DNA of 64,000 nt, from contig OZ024743.1 of the NCBI GenBank assembly GCA_964016885.1, positions 343,790,001 to 343,854,000 on the forward strand. The letters run 5' to 3'. The position numbers and the translations under genes were made by a program. The notes below the pieces were generated by a model. It was not told where the DNA came from and made no database searches. It saw nothing but the letters and a program-made list of their open reading frames with translations. This document shows positions 30,001 to 41,439 of the stretch, piece after piece. The stretch comes from Eledone cirrhosa. Its lineage: Eukaryota. Position 1 is the stretch's first letter. Each line of letters opens with the position of its first letter.

Positions 30001-33000
30001 TGGTAGTGATGGTTGTGGTGGTTGTGGTGGTAGTGGTGGTGTTAATGTAGTAGTGGAGCTATGTTGGTTATGATGGTTGTGATGGTAGTGATGGTAGTGA
30101 TGGTTGTGGTGGTAGTGGTGGTGTTAATGTAGTAGTGGAGCTATGTTTGTTATGATGGTTGTGATGGTTGTGATGGTGGTGATGGTAGTGGTGGTAGTGG
30201 TGGTAGTGGTGGTGTTAATGTAGTAGTGGAGCTATGTTGGTTATGATGGTTATGATGGTTGTGATGGTAGTGATGGGTGTGATGGTTGTGATGGTTGTGG
30301 TGGTAGTGGTGGTGTTAATGTAGTAGTGGAGCTATGTTGGTTATGATGGTTGTGATGGTTGTGATGGTGGTGATGGTGGTGATGGTTGTGGTGGTAGTGG
30401 TGGTAGTGGTCGTGTTAATGTAGTAGTGTGGCTATGTTGGTTATGTTGGTTGTGTTGGTTGTGATGGTAGTGATGGTTGTGGTGGTAGTGGTGGTTGTGT
30501 TGGTAGTAGTGGTGGTGGTGGTTGTGTTGGTAGTGGTGGTTCTGGTGGTAGTGATGGTGTTAATGTAGTTGTGGGGCTATGTTGGTTATGATGGTTGTGA
30601 TGGTAGTGGTGGTAGTGTTGGTAGTGGTGGTTGTGTTGGTAGTGGTCGTTTTGTTGGTAGTGGTGGTTGTGTTGATAGTGTTGGTGGTGTTGATAGTGGT
30701 GGTTGTGATGGTAGTAGTCGTTGTGATGGTAGTAGTGGTTGTGATGGTAGTATTGGTTGTGTTGGTAGTGCTGGTTGTGTTGGTAGTAGTGGTTGTGATG
30801 GTAGTAGTGGTTGTGTTGGTAGTGGTGTTTGTGTTGGTAGTGGTGGTTGTGTTGGTAGTCGTGGTTGTGTTGGTAGTAGTGTTTGTGTTGTTAGTAGTGG
30901 TTGTGTTGGTAGTGATGGTTGTGTTGGTAATGGTGGCTGTGTTGGTAGTGGTGGTTGTGTTGGTAGTAGTGGTTGTGATCGTTATGATGGTATTGGTGGT
31001 TGAGTTGGTAGAAGTGGTTGTGTTGGTAGTGGTGGCAGTGGTGGTTGGGTTGGCAGTGGTGGTTGTGTTGGTAGTAGTGGTTGTGTTGGTAGTAGTGGTT
31101 ATGTTCGTAGTGCTAGTTGTGTTGGTTATGGTGATTGTGTTGGTAGTAGTGGTTGCTTTGGTTGTGGTGGTGGTGATGGTTGTGTTGGTAGTGGTAGTTG
31201 TGTTGGTTGTGGTGGTTGCGTTGGTAGTGGTGGCTGTGATGGTAGTAGTGGTTGTGTTGGTAGTGGTGGTTGTTTTGGTAGTGGTGGTTGTGTTGGTAGT
31301 GGTGGTTGTGTTGGTAGTCGTGGTTGTGATGGTAGTGATGGTAGTGATGGTTGTGGTGGTAGTGGTGGTGTTAATGTAGTAGTGGGGCTATGTTGGTTAT
31401 GATGGTTGTGATGGTAGTGATGGTTGTGATGGTAGTGGTGGTTGTGGTGGTAGTGGTGGTGTTAATGTAGTAGTGGGGCTATGTTGGTTATGATGGTTGT
31501 GATGGTAGTGGTGGTTGTGATGGTAGTGGTGGTTGTGATGGTTGTGGTGGTAGTGGTGGTGTTAAATTAGTAGTGGGGCTATGTTGGTTATGATGGTTGT
31601 GATGGTTGTGATGGTAGTGATGGTTGTGGTGGTAGTGGTGGTGTTAATGTAGTAGAGGGTCTATGTTGGTTATGATGGTTGTGATGGATTGTGATGGTAG
31701 TAATGGTTGTGGTGGTAGTGGTGGTGTTAATGTAGTAGTGGGCTATGTTGGTTATGATGGTTGCGATGGTGGTGATGGTAGTGATGGTTGTGGTGGTAGT
31801 GGTGGTGTTAATGTAGTAGTGGGGCTATGTTGGTTATGATGGTTGTGATGGTTGTGATGGTAGTGATGGTTGTGGTCGGAGTGGTGGTGTTAATGTAGTA
31901 GTGGGGCTATATTGGTTATGATGGTTGTGATGGTAGTGATGGTAGTCATGGTTGTGGTGGTAGTGGTGGTAGTGGTGGTAGTAGTGGTGTTAATGTAGTA
32001 GTGGGGCTATGTTGGTTATGATGGTTGTGATGGTAGTGGTGGTTGTGGTGGTAGTGGTGGTAGTGGTGTTAGTGGTGGTGTTAATGTAGTAGTGGAGCTA
32101 TTTTGTTTTTGATGGTTATGATGGTTGTGATGGTTGTGATGGTAGTGATGGTTGTGGTGGTAGTGGTGGTTGTGCTGGTAGTGGTGGTATTGGAGCTATG
32201 TTGGTTATGATGGTTGTGATGGTTGTGATGGTTGTGGTGGTAGTGGGGGTAGTGGTTGTATTAATGTAGTAGTGGGGCTATGTTGGTTATGATGGTTGTG
32301 ATGGTTGTGTGGTAGTGGTGGTAGTGGTGGTGTTAATGCAGTAGTGGAGCTATGTTGGTTATGATGGTTGTGATGGTGGTGATGGTTGTGGTGGTAGTGG
32401 TGGTGTTAATGTAGTAGTGGAGCTATGTTGGTTATGATGGTTGTGATGGTAGTGATGGTAGTGATGGTTGTGGTGGTAGTGGTGGTGATAATGTAGTAGT
32501 GGAGCTATGTTGGTTATGATGGTTTTCATGGTTGTGATGGTGGTGGTGGTAGTAGTGGTTGTGGTGGTAGTGGTGGTGTTAATGTAGTAGTGGAGCTATG
32601 TTGGTTATGATGGTTGTGATGGTAGTGATGGTAGTGCTGGTTGTGGTGGTAGTGGTGGTAGTGGTGGTGTTAATGTAGTAGTGGAGCTATGTTGGTTATG
32701 ATGGTTATGATGGTTGTGATGGTAGTGATGGGTGTGATGGTTGTGATGGTTGTGGTGGTAGTGGTGGTGTTAATGTAGTAGTGGAGCTATGTTGGTTATG
32801 ATGGTTGTGATGGTTGTGATGGTGGTGATGGTGGTGATGGTTGTGGTGGTAGTGGTGGTAGTGGTCGTGTTAATGTAGTAGTGTGGCTATGTTGGTTATG
32901 TTGGTTGTGTTGGTTGTGATGGTAGTGATGGTTGTGGTGGTAGTGGTGGTTGTGTTGGTAGTAGTGGTGGTGGTGGTTGTGTTGGTAGTGGTGGTTCTGG

Positions 33001-34420
33001 TGGTAGTGATGGTATTAATGTAGTTGTGGGGCTATGTTGGTTATGATGGTTGTGATGGTAGTGGTGGTAGTGTTGGTAGTGGTGGTTGTGTTGGTAGTGG
33101 TCGTTTTGTTGGTAGTAGTGGTTGTGTTGATAGTGTTGGTGGTGTTGATAGTGGTGGTTGTGATGGTAGTAGTCGTTGTGATGGTAGTAGTGGTTGTGAT
33201 GGTAGTATTGGTTGTGTTGGTAGTGCTGGTTGTGTTGGTAGTAGTGGTTGTGATGGTAGTAGTGGTTGTGATGGTAGTAGTGGTTGTGTTGGTAGTGGTG
33301 TTTGTGTTGGTAGTGGTGGTTGTGTTGGTAGTCGTGGTTGTGTTGGTAGTAGTGTTTGTGTTGGTAGTAGTGTTTGTGTTGGTAGTGGTGGTTGTGTTGG
33401 TAGTGGTGGTTGTGTTGGTAGTAGTGTTTGTGTTGGTAGTAGTGTTTGTGTTGGTAGTGGTGGTTGTGTTGGTAGTGGTGGTTGTGTTGGTAATGGTGGT
33501 TGTGATGGTAGTAGTGGTTGTGTTGGTAGTGGTGGTTGTGTCGGTAGTGGTGGAAGTGTTGGTAGTGGTGGTTGTGTTGGTAGTGGTGGTTGTGTTGGTA
33601 GTAGTGTTTGTGTTGGTAGTAGCGTTTGTGTTGGTAGTGGTAGTTGTGTTGGTAGTGGTGGTTGTGTTGGTAGTGGTAGTTGTGTTGGTTGAGTTGGTAG
33701 TGGTGGCTGTGTTGGTAGTAGTGGTTGTGTTGGTAGTGGTGGTTGTGTTGGTAGTAGTGGTTGTGGTGGATGTGTTGGTGGTAGTGGTTGTGTTGGTAGT
33801 GGTGGTTGTGATGGTAGTAGTGGTTGTGGTGGTTGTGTTGGTAGTGGTGGTTGTGTTGGTAGTGATGGTAGTGGTGGTTGTGTTGGTAGTGGTGCTAGTG
33901 GTGGTTGTGTTGATAGTAGTGGTTGTGTTGGTAGTAGTGGTTGTGTTGGTAGTAGTGGTTGTGTTGGTAGTGGTGGTTGTGTTGGTAATGGTGGCTGTGT
34001 TGGTAGTGGTGGTTGTGTTGGTAGTAGTGGTTGTGATCGTTGTGATGGTATTGGTGGTTGAGTTGGTAGAAGTGGTTGTGTTGGTAGTGGTGGCAGTGGT
34101 GGTTGGGTTGGCAGTGGTGGCAGTGGTGGTTGTGTTGGTAGTAGTGGTTATGTTCGTAGTGCTAGTTGTGTTGGTTATGGTGATTGTGTTGGTAGTAGTG
34201 GTTGCCTTGGTTGTGGTGGTAGTGATGGTTGTGTTGGTAGTGGTAGTTGTGTTGGTTGTGGTGGTTGCGTTGGTAGTGGTGGCTGTGATGGTAGTAGTGG
34301 TTGTGTTGGTAGTGGTGGTTGTGTTGGTAGTGGTGGTTGTGTTGGTAGTCGTGGTTGTGATGGTAGTAGTGGTTGTGGTGTTTGTGTTGGTAGTGGTGGT
34401 AGTGGTAGTTGTGTGGTAGT
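1..34420. repeat. Higher-order G+T-rich satellite: 13 units, each an 18-mer block plus a run of anchored 9n+1 monomers
   Basis: 18-mer (GTTGGTAGTGGTGGTTGT) blocks start at 1663, 3769, 5875, 8952, 11690, 14527, 16974, 19080, 22157, 24895, 27732, 30569 and 33024. Between them are monomers with the anchor GTTAATGTAGTAGTGG(G/A)GCTATGTTGGTTAT followed by 9-mers (GATGGTTGT, GATGGTAGT, GGTGGTTGT, GGTGGTAGT). The array is open at the left edge. Confidence 0.97.
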
Positions 34421-37400
34421 GGTGGTAGTGGTGGTTGTGTTGGTAGTGGTGGCTATGTTGGTAGTGGTGGTTGTGTTGGTAGTGGTGGTTGTGTTGGTAG
34501 TGGTGGTTGTGATGGTAGTAGTGGTTGTGTTGGTAGTAGTGGTGGTTGAGTTGGTAGTGGTGGTTGTGTAGGTAGTGGTGGTTCTGTTGGTAGTGGTGGT
34601 TGTGGTGGTAGTGGTGGTTGTGTTGCTAGTAGTGGTCGTGTTGGTAGTAGTGGTGGTTGAGTTGGTAGTAGTGGTTGTATTGGTAGTAGTGGTGGTTGAG
34701 TTGGTAGTGGTGGTTGTGTTGGTAGTAGTGGTTGTGTAGGTAGTGGTGGTTGTGTTAGTAGTGGTGGTTGTGTTGCTAGTAGTGGTTGTGTTGGTAGTAG
34801 TGGTGGTTGTGTTGGTAGTAATGGTTGTTTTGGTAGTGGTGGTTGTGATGGTAGTAGTGGTTGTGGTGGTTGTGTTGGTAATGGTGGTTATGTTGGTAGT
34901 GGTGGTTGTGGTGGTTGTGTTGGTAGTGGTGGTAGTGGTGGTTGTGTTGGTAGTGGTGGTTGTGTTGGTAGTGGTGGTTGTGTTGGTAGTAGTGGCTGTG
35001 GTGGTTGTGTTGGTGGTGGTGGTTGTGGTGGTGGTGTTGGTAGTGGTGGTAGTGGTGGCTGTGTTGGTAGTGGTGGTCGTATTAGTAGTGGTGGTTGTGT
35101 TGGTAGTAGTGGTTGTGGTGGTTGTGTTGGTAGTGGTGGTTGTGTTGGTAGTGGTGGTTGTGTTGGTAGTGGTGGTAGAGGTGGTTGTGTTGGTAGTGGT
35201 GTTTGCGTTGGTAGTAGTGGTTGTATTAGTAGTGGTGGTTGTGTTGGTAGTGGTGGTTGTGTTGGTAGTAGTGGTTATGGTGGTTGTGTTGGTAGTGGTG
35301 GTTGGGTTGGTAGTGGTGGTTGTGTTGGTAGAAGTGGTTGTGTTGGTAGTGGTGGCTGTGTTGGTAGTGGTGGTTGTGTTGGTAGTGGTGGTTGTGTTGG
35401 TAGTAGTGGTTGTGTTGGTAGTGGTGGCTGTGTTGGTAGTAGTGGTTGTGTTGGTAGGGGGGGTTGTGTTGGTAGTGGTGGTAGTGGTGGTTGTGTTGGT
35501 AGTGGTGGTAGTGGTGGATGTGTTGGTAGTGGTGATTGTGGTGGTAGTGGTGGCTGTGTTGCTAGTGGTGGTTGTGTTGGTAGTGGTGGTAGTGGTGGTT
35601 GTGTTGGTAGTGGTGGATGTGTTGGTAGTGGAGATTGTGATGGTAGTAGTGGTTGTGTTAGTAGTCGTGGTTGTGTTGGTAGTGGTGGTTGTGTTGGTAG
35701 TGGTGGTTGTGTTGGTAGTGGTGGATGTGTTGGTAGTGGTGATTGTGATGGTAGTAGTGGTTGTATTAGTAGTAGTGGTTGTGTTGGTAGTGGTGGTTGT
35801 GTTGGTAGTGGTTGTTGTGTTGGTAGTAGTGTTTGTGTTGGTAGTGGTGTTTGCGTTGGTAGTAGTGGTTGTATTAGTAGTGGTGGTTGTGTTGGTAGTG
35901 GTGGTTGTGTTGGTAGTAGTGGTTGTGGTGGTTGTGTTGGTAGTGGTGGTTGGGTTGGTAGTAGTGGTTGTGTTGGTAGTAGTGGTTGTGTTGGTAGTGG
36001 TGGCTGTGTTGGTAGTGGTGGTTGTGTTGGTAGTGGTGGTTGGGTTGGTAGTGGTGGTTGTGATGGTAGTAGTGGTTGTGGTGGTTGTGTTGGTAGTGGT
36101 GGTAGTGGTGGTTGAGTTGGTAGTGGTGGTTGTGTTGGTAGTGGTGGTTGTGTTGGTAGTAGTAGCTTGTGTTGGTAGTGGTGGTTGTGATGGTAGTAGT
36201 GGTTGTGTTGGTAGTAGTGGTTGTGTTGGTAGTAGTAGCTGTGTTGGTAGTGGTGGTTGTGATGGTAGTAGTGGTTGTGTTGGTAGTAGTGGTTGTGTTG
36301 GTAGTGGTGGTTGTGATGGTAGTAGTGGTTTTGTTGGTAGTAGTTGTTGTGTTGGTAGTGGTGGCTGTGTTGGTAGTGGTGTTTGTGTTGGTAGTAGTGG
36401 TTGTGGTGGTTGTGTTGGTAGTGGTGGTAGTGGTGGTTGTGTTAGTAGTGGTGGTTGTGTTGGTAGTAGTGGTTGTGTTGGTAGTGGTGGTTGTGTTGGT
36501 AGTAGTGGTTGTGGTGGTTATGTTGGTAGTGGTGGTAGTGGTGGTTGTGTTAGTAGTGGTGGTTGTGTTGGTAGTAGTGGTTGTGTTGGTAGTGGTGGCT
36601 GTGTTGGTAGTGGTGGTTGTGTTGGTAGTGGTGTTTGTGTTAGTAGTAGTGGTTGTGGTGGTTGTGTTGGTAGTGGTGGTTGTGATGGTAGTAGTGGTTG
36701 TGGTGGTTTTGTTGGTATTGGTGGTTGTGGTGGTAGTGGTGGTTGTGTTGGTAGTGGTGGTTGGGTTAGTAGTGGTGGTTGTGATGATAGTAGTGGTTGT
36801 GTTGGTAGTAGTGGTTGTGATGGTAGTGTTGGTAGAGGTGGTAGTGGTGGTTGTGTTGGTAGTGGTGGTTGTGTTGGTAGTGGTGGTTGTGGTGGTTGTG
36901 TTGGTTGTGTTGGTAGTAGTGGTTGTGTTGGTAGTAGTAGCTTGTGTTGGTAGTAGTTGTTGTGTTGGTAGTGGTGTTTGTGTTGGTAGTAGTGGTTGTG
37001 GTGGTTTTGTTGGTATTGGTGGTTGTGTTGGTAGTGGTGGTTGTGTTGGTAGTGGTGGTTGGGTTGGTAGTGCTGATTGTGTTGGTAGTGGTGGTTGTGA
37101 TGGTAGTAGTGGTTGTGGTCGTTTTGTTGGTAGTGGTGGTTGTGTTGGTAGTGGTGGTTGTGTTGGTAGTAGTGGTTGTGTTGGTAGTAGTGGTTGTGAT
37201 GGTAGTGTTGGTAGTGGTGGTAGTGGTGGTTGTGTTGGTAGTGGTGGTTGTGTTGGTAGTGGTGGTTGTGGTGGTTGTGTTGGTAGTGGTGGTAGTGGTG
37301 GTTGTGTTGGTAGTGGTGGTTGTGTTGGTAGTGGTGGTTGTGTTGGTGGTGGTGGTTGTGGTGGTTGTGTTGGTAGTGGTGGTAGTGGTGGCTGTGTTGG

Positions 37401-40145
37401 TAGTGGTGTTTGCGTTGGTAGTAGTGGTTGTATTAGTAGTAGTGGTTGTGTTGGTAGTGGTGGTAGTGGTGGTTGTGGTCGTTTTCTTGGTAGTGGTGGT
37501 TGTGTTGGTAGTGGTGGTTGTGTTGGTAGTAGTGGTTGTGTTGGTAGTGGTGGTTGTGTTGGTAGTGGTGGTTGTGTTGGTAGTAGTGGTTGTGTTGGTA
37601 GTAGTGGTTGTGATGGTAGTGTTGGTAGTGGTGGTAGTGGTGGTTGTGATCGTTGTGATGGTATTGGTGGTTGTGTTGGTAGTAGTGGTTGTGTTGGTAG
37701 TAGTGGTTGTGTTGGTTAGTGGTGGTTGTGATGGTAGTAGTGGTTGTGTTGGTAGTGGTGGTTGTGTTGATAGTAGTGGTTGTGATGGTAGTTGTGGTTG
37801 CGTTGGTAGTAGTGGTTGTGTTGGTAGTGGTGGTTGTGATGGTTGTGTTGGTAGTGGTAGTTCTGTTGGTAGTGGTGGTTGTGTTGGTAGTGGTGGTTGT
37901 GTTGGTAGTGTTTGTAGTGGTGGTTGTGTTGGTAGTGGTGGTTGGGTTGGTAGTGGTGATTGTGATGGTAGTAGTAGTTGTGCTGGTTGTCTTGTTAGTG
38001 GTGGTTTTGTTGGTAGTGGTGGTATTGGTGATTGTGTTGGTAGTGGTGGTTGTGTTGGTAGTGGTGGTTGTGTTGGTAGAGGTGTTTCTGTTGGTAGTGG
38101 TGGTTGTGTTGGTAGTGGTGGTTGTGTTGGTAGCGGTGGTTGTGTTGGTAGTGGTGGTTGTGTTGGTAATGGCGGTTGTGTTAGTAGTGGTGGTTGTGTA
38201 GGTAGTGGTGGTAGTGGTGGTTGTGTTGGTAGTGGTGGTTGTGTTGGTAGTGGTGTTTGTGATGGTAGTAGTGGTTGTGTTTGTAGTAGTGGTTGTGTTG
38301 GTAGTGGTGGCTGTGTTCGTAGTGGTGGTAGTGGTGGTTGTGTTGGTATTGGTGATTGTGTTGGTAGTGGTGGTTGTGTTGGTAGTGGTGGTTGTGTTGG
38401 TAGAGGTGTTTCTGTTGGTAGTGGTGATTGTGTTGGTAGTGGTGGTTGAGTTGGTAGTGGTGGTTGTGTTGGTAGCAGTGGTTGTGTTTGTAGTGGTGGT
38501 TGTGTTGGTAATGGTGGTTGTGTTGGTAGTGGTGGCTGTGTTGGTAGTAGTGGTTGTGGTGGTTGTGTTGCTAGTAGTGGTTGTGTTGGTAGTAGTGGTT
38601 GTGTTAGTAGCAGTGGTTGTGTTGGTAGTGGTGGTTGTGATGGTAGTGGAGGTTGTGTTGGTAGTGGTGGTTATGTTGGTAGTGGTGGTTGTGGTGGTTG
38701 TGTTGGTTGTGTTGGTAGTGGTGGTTGTGGTGGTTGTGTTGGTTGTGTTGGTAGTGGTGGTTGTGTTGGTAGTGGTGGTAGTGGTGGTTGTGTTGGTAGT
38801 AGTGGTTGTGTTAGTAGCAGTGGTTGTGTTGGTAGTGGTGGTTGTGATGGTAGTAGTGGTTGTGTTGGTAGTGGTGGTTGTGTTGGTAGTGGTGGCTGTG
38901 TTGGTAGTGGTGGTTGTGATGGTAGTAGTGGTTGTGGTGGTTGTGTTGCTAGTAGTGGTTGTGTTGGTAGTAGTGGTTGTGATGGTAGTAGTGGTTGTGG
39001 TGGTTGTGTTGGTAGTGGTGGTTATGTTGGTAGTGGTGGTTGTGGTGGTTGTGTTGGTAGTGGTGGTTGTGGTGGTTGTGTTGGTAGTGGTGGTTGTGTT
39101 GGTAGTAGTGGTTGTGTTAGTAGCAGTGGTTGTGTTGGTAGTGGTGGTTGTGATGGTAGTAGTGGTTGTGTTGGTAGTGGTGGTTGTGTTGGTACTGGTG
39201 GCTGTGTTGGTCGTGGTGTTTGCGTTGGTAGTAGTGGTTGTATTAGTAGTGGTGGCTGTGTTGGTAGTGGTGGTAGTGGTGGTTGTGTTGGTAGCGGTGG
39301 TTGTGTTGGTAGTGGTGGTTGTGTTGCTAGTGGTGGCTGTGTTGGTAGTAGTGGTTGTGTTGGTAGTGGTGGTTGTGTTGGTAGTGGTGGTTGGGTTGGT
39401 AGTGGTGGTTGTGATGGTAGTGGTGGCTGTGGTGGTTGTGTTGGTAGTGGTGGTAGTTGTGGTTGTGTTGGTAGTGTTGGTAGTGGTGGTAGTGGTGGTT
39501 GTGTTGGTAGTGGAGGTTGTGTTGGTAGTAGTTGTTGTGTTGGTAGTGGTGTTTGTGTTGGTAGTAGTGGTTGTGGTGGTTGTGTTGGTAGTGGTGGTAG
39601 TGGTGGTTATGTTAGTAGTGGTGGTTGTGTTGGTAGTAGTGGTTGTGTTGGTAGTGGTGTCTGTGTTGTTAGTGGTGGTTGTGTTGGTAGTGGTTGTTGT
39701 GTTGGTAGTAGTGGTTGTGGTGTTTGTGTTGATAGTGGTGGTTGTGATGGTAGTAGTGGTTGTGGTGGTTTTGTTGGTAGTGGTGGTTGTGTTGGTAGTG
39801 GTGGTTGTGTTGGTAATGGTGGTTGTGATGGTAGTGGTAGTTGTGTGGTAGTGGTGGTTGTGTTGGTTGTGGTGGTTTTGTTGGTAGTGGTGGTTGTGTG
39901 GTAGTGGTGGTTGTGTTGGTAGTGTTGGTTTTGTTGGTAGTGGCGGTTGTGTTGGTAGTGGTGGTTGTGTTGGTAGTGGTGGTTGTGTTGGTAGTGGTAG
40001 TAGTGGTGGTTGTGTTGGTAGTGGTGGTTGTGTTGGTAGTGGTGGTTGTGTTGGTAGTGGTGGTTGTGTTTGTAGTAGTGGTTGTGATGGTAGTGGTGGT
40101 TGTGCTGGTAATGGTGGCTGTGTTGTTTGTATTGGTGGTGTGGAT
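34421..40145. repeat. Divergent, unordered 18-bp/9-bp minisatellite forming the edge of the array
   Basis: Same GTTGGTAGTGGTGGTTGT consensus with no anchored monomers, many private variants and occasional 1-bp indels; ends at about ...ATTGGTGGTGTGGATAC. Confidence 0.95.
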
Positions 40146-40284
40146 ACAGTTACCACAATCGATCACCTAACACTGGTGGTGAGGATCGAATCATCACAAT
40201 CGATTAACAATGTTTTATTCTTAAATCTCAAACATTTTGTTTTTAGAGACATTGTCAGCGGGTAGACTAAAACTTGTTCAATAT

Positions 40285-40655
40285 AGTCACTCGACATGCT
40301 ACAAATAGTAACTTACTGTCTCTGAAATCACACCCTACTGTCTTAAAAATAGAATAACTCGCTGAATAATGTAGTCCCATATATAATTGTTTCTACTTTA
40401 GGCACAAGGCCAGCAATTAACCAGTGCATTACTGGTACTTTATTTTATCGATCCCGTAAGGATGAAAGGCAAAGTCAACCTCGGCGGGATTTGAACTCAG
40501 ATCGTAAAGGGACGTAACTATGCTGGAAAGCATGGCGTCCGACCCTCCACCGATACTGCCAATCCATATAATATATCTGAAAACAAGACTGGAAATTAAC
40601 AACCACAAAGTCTTTAATCGTAGTTTTACTCAAATCGGGATTACTTAAGGGTTAA
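40285..40655. mobile_element. Old interspersed repeat (host family copy 1), interrupted by a SINE
   Basis: GCTACAAATAGTAAC...AAATCACACCCTACTGTCTTAAAA is homologous to 50680-50735 and 50995-51050; the downstream part GTCTTTAATCGTAG matches GTCTTTGATTATAG at about 50895. Confidence 0.55.
40388..40566 (-). mobile_element. tRNA-derived SINE, family 1
   Basis: Minus strand has A box TGGCAGTATCGG, B box GAGTTCAAATCCC and a Nin/Deu-like body GCCTTTCATCCTTACGGGATCGATAAAATAAAGTACCAG; nearly identical to 56503-56687. Confidence 0.9.
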
Positions 40656-40810
40656 ATCGCGCTTCAAAATATTCTCGCTTTTAGTGAGGATGTTGCTATT
40701 GTCGACTGTATTCTCTGTTCCTTATGAAAGGTATATTGATCCCTTCAGTTCTTTAGTGTAGACGTTTCGTAAGCCTCGGATATCTGCATATTTTAAAAGT
40801 TTTTAGGCCT

Positions 40811-41003
40811 TTATTTGGCATTAACCATTCTGTATCTCTGTAATTCCCATCTGACATTTCTATTTGAGCTACTGAAAGTTAATTGGAACAATGGGAAATA
40901 AATCTCACATTCAGGGACACAACACACCAATCTGTCCAAGAATCGAACTCATAATCTCATGATTGTGAACCCAATGTTCTAACTACTAATCCACGCGCCT
41001 TCA
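40811..41003 (-). mobile_element. Degenerate tRNA-derived SINE of a different family (CORE-like)
   Basis: Minus strand reads GGCGCGTGGATTAGTAGTTAG (A box), GAGTTCGATTC (B box), then TTGTGTCCCTGAA. Confidence 0.65.
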
Positions 41004-41226
41004 TAACTAATATCTACTGCTGTGATAAATGATCTAAAATCTACCGGTTGCGTCTGTTTAGATGATACGTACAGGTTGATCCGATCTTGTAAACATCTAA
41101 AGGTTGTGCTTATTTAGCTAAAACCTACTGGTTATCTCTAGATCAGATAACACCTCCAGTCGCTAGCTATTTCTTAAGCTGACAGTTTCCATATTTACCT
41201 AGTTAACACTTACAGGCTGAATCATG

Positions 41227-41406
41227 TAGTTAGCTGCTAAATACTGTGTTCTATCTAGTTAGCAACTAAATACTATGTTATATCTAGTTAGCAACTAAAC
41301 ACTGTGTCCTGTCAAGTTAGCAACCAAATACTGTGTTCAATTCAGTTAGGAACGAATTATTGTGTTGTCTGTAGTTAGCAGCTAAAGTGTGTGTTGTATC
41401 TAGTTA
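41227..41406. repeat. 29-bp minisatellite, about 6 copies
   Basis: Unit approximately TAGTTAGCAACTAAATACTGTGTTCTATC, with a quasi-palindromic TTAG(C/G)NNCTAA core. Confidence 0.85.
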
Positions 41407-41439
41407 CAATATAAATTACTATTTAATTATTCATTTATT

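Noticed and set aside
1-33023. CRISPR-like repeat-spacer array
   Set aside because: The 'spacers' are strings of the same 9-mers and recur in higher-order copies; no cas genes; eukaryotic context.
1-40145. Telomeric repeat tract
   Set aside because: No TTAGGG array, and the G-rich strand runs 5'->3' toward the unique sequence, opposite to telomere polarity.
1663-40265. Plus-strand poly-Val and GCVGSG ORFs as membrane or keratin-associated/loricrin-like proteins
   Set aside because: They are translations of the 18-mer; starts and stops follow repeat variants, frames switch at 1-bp indels, and there is no signal peptide or unique domain.
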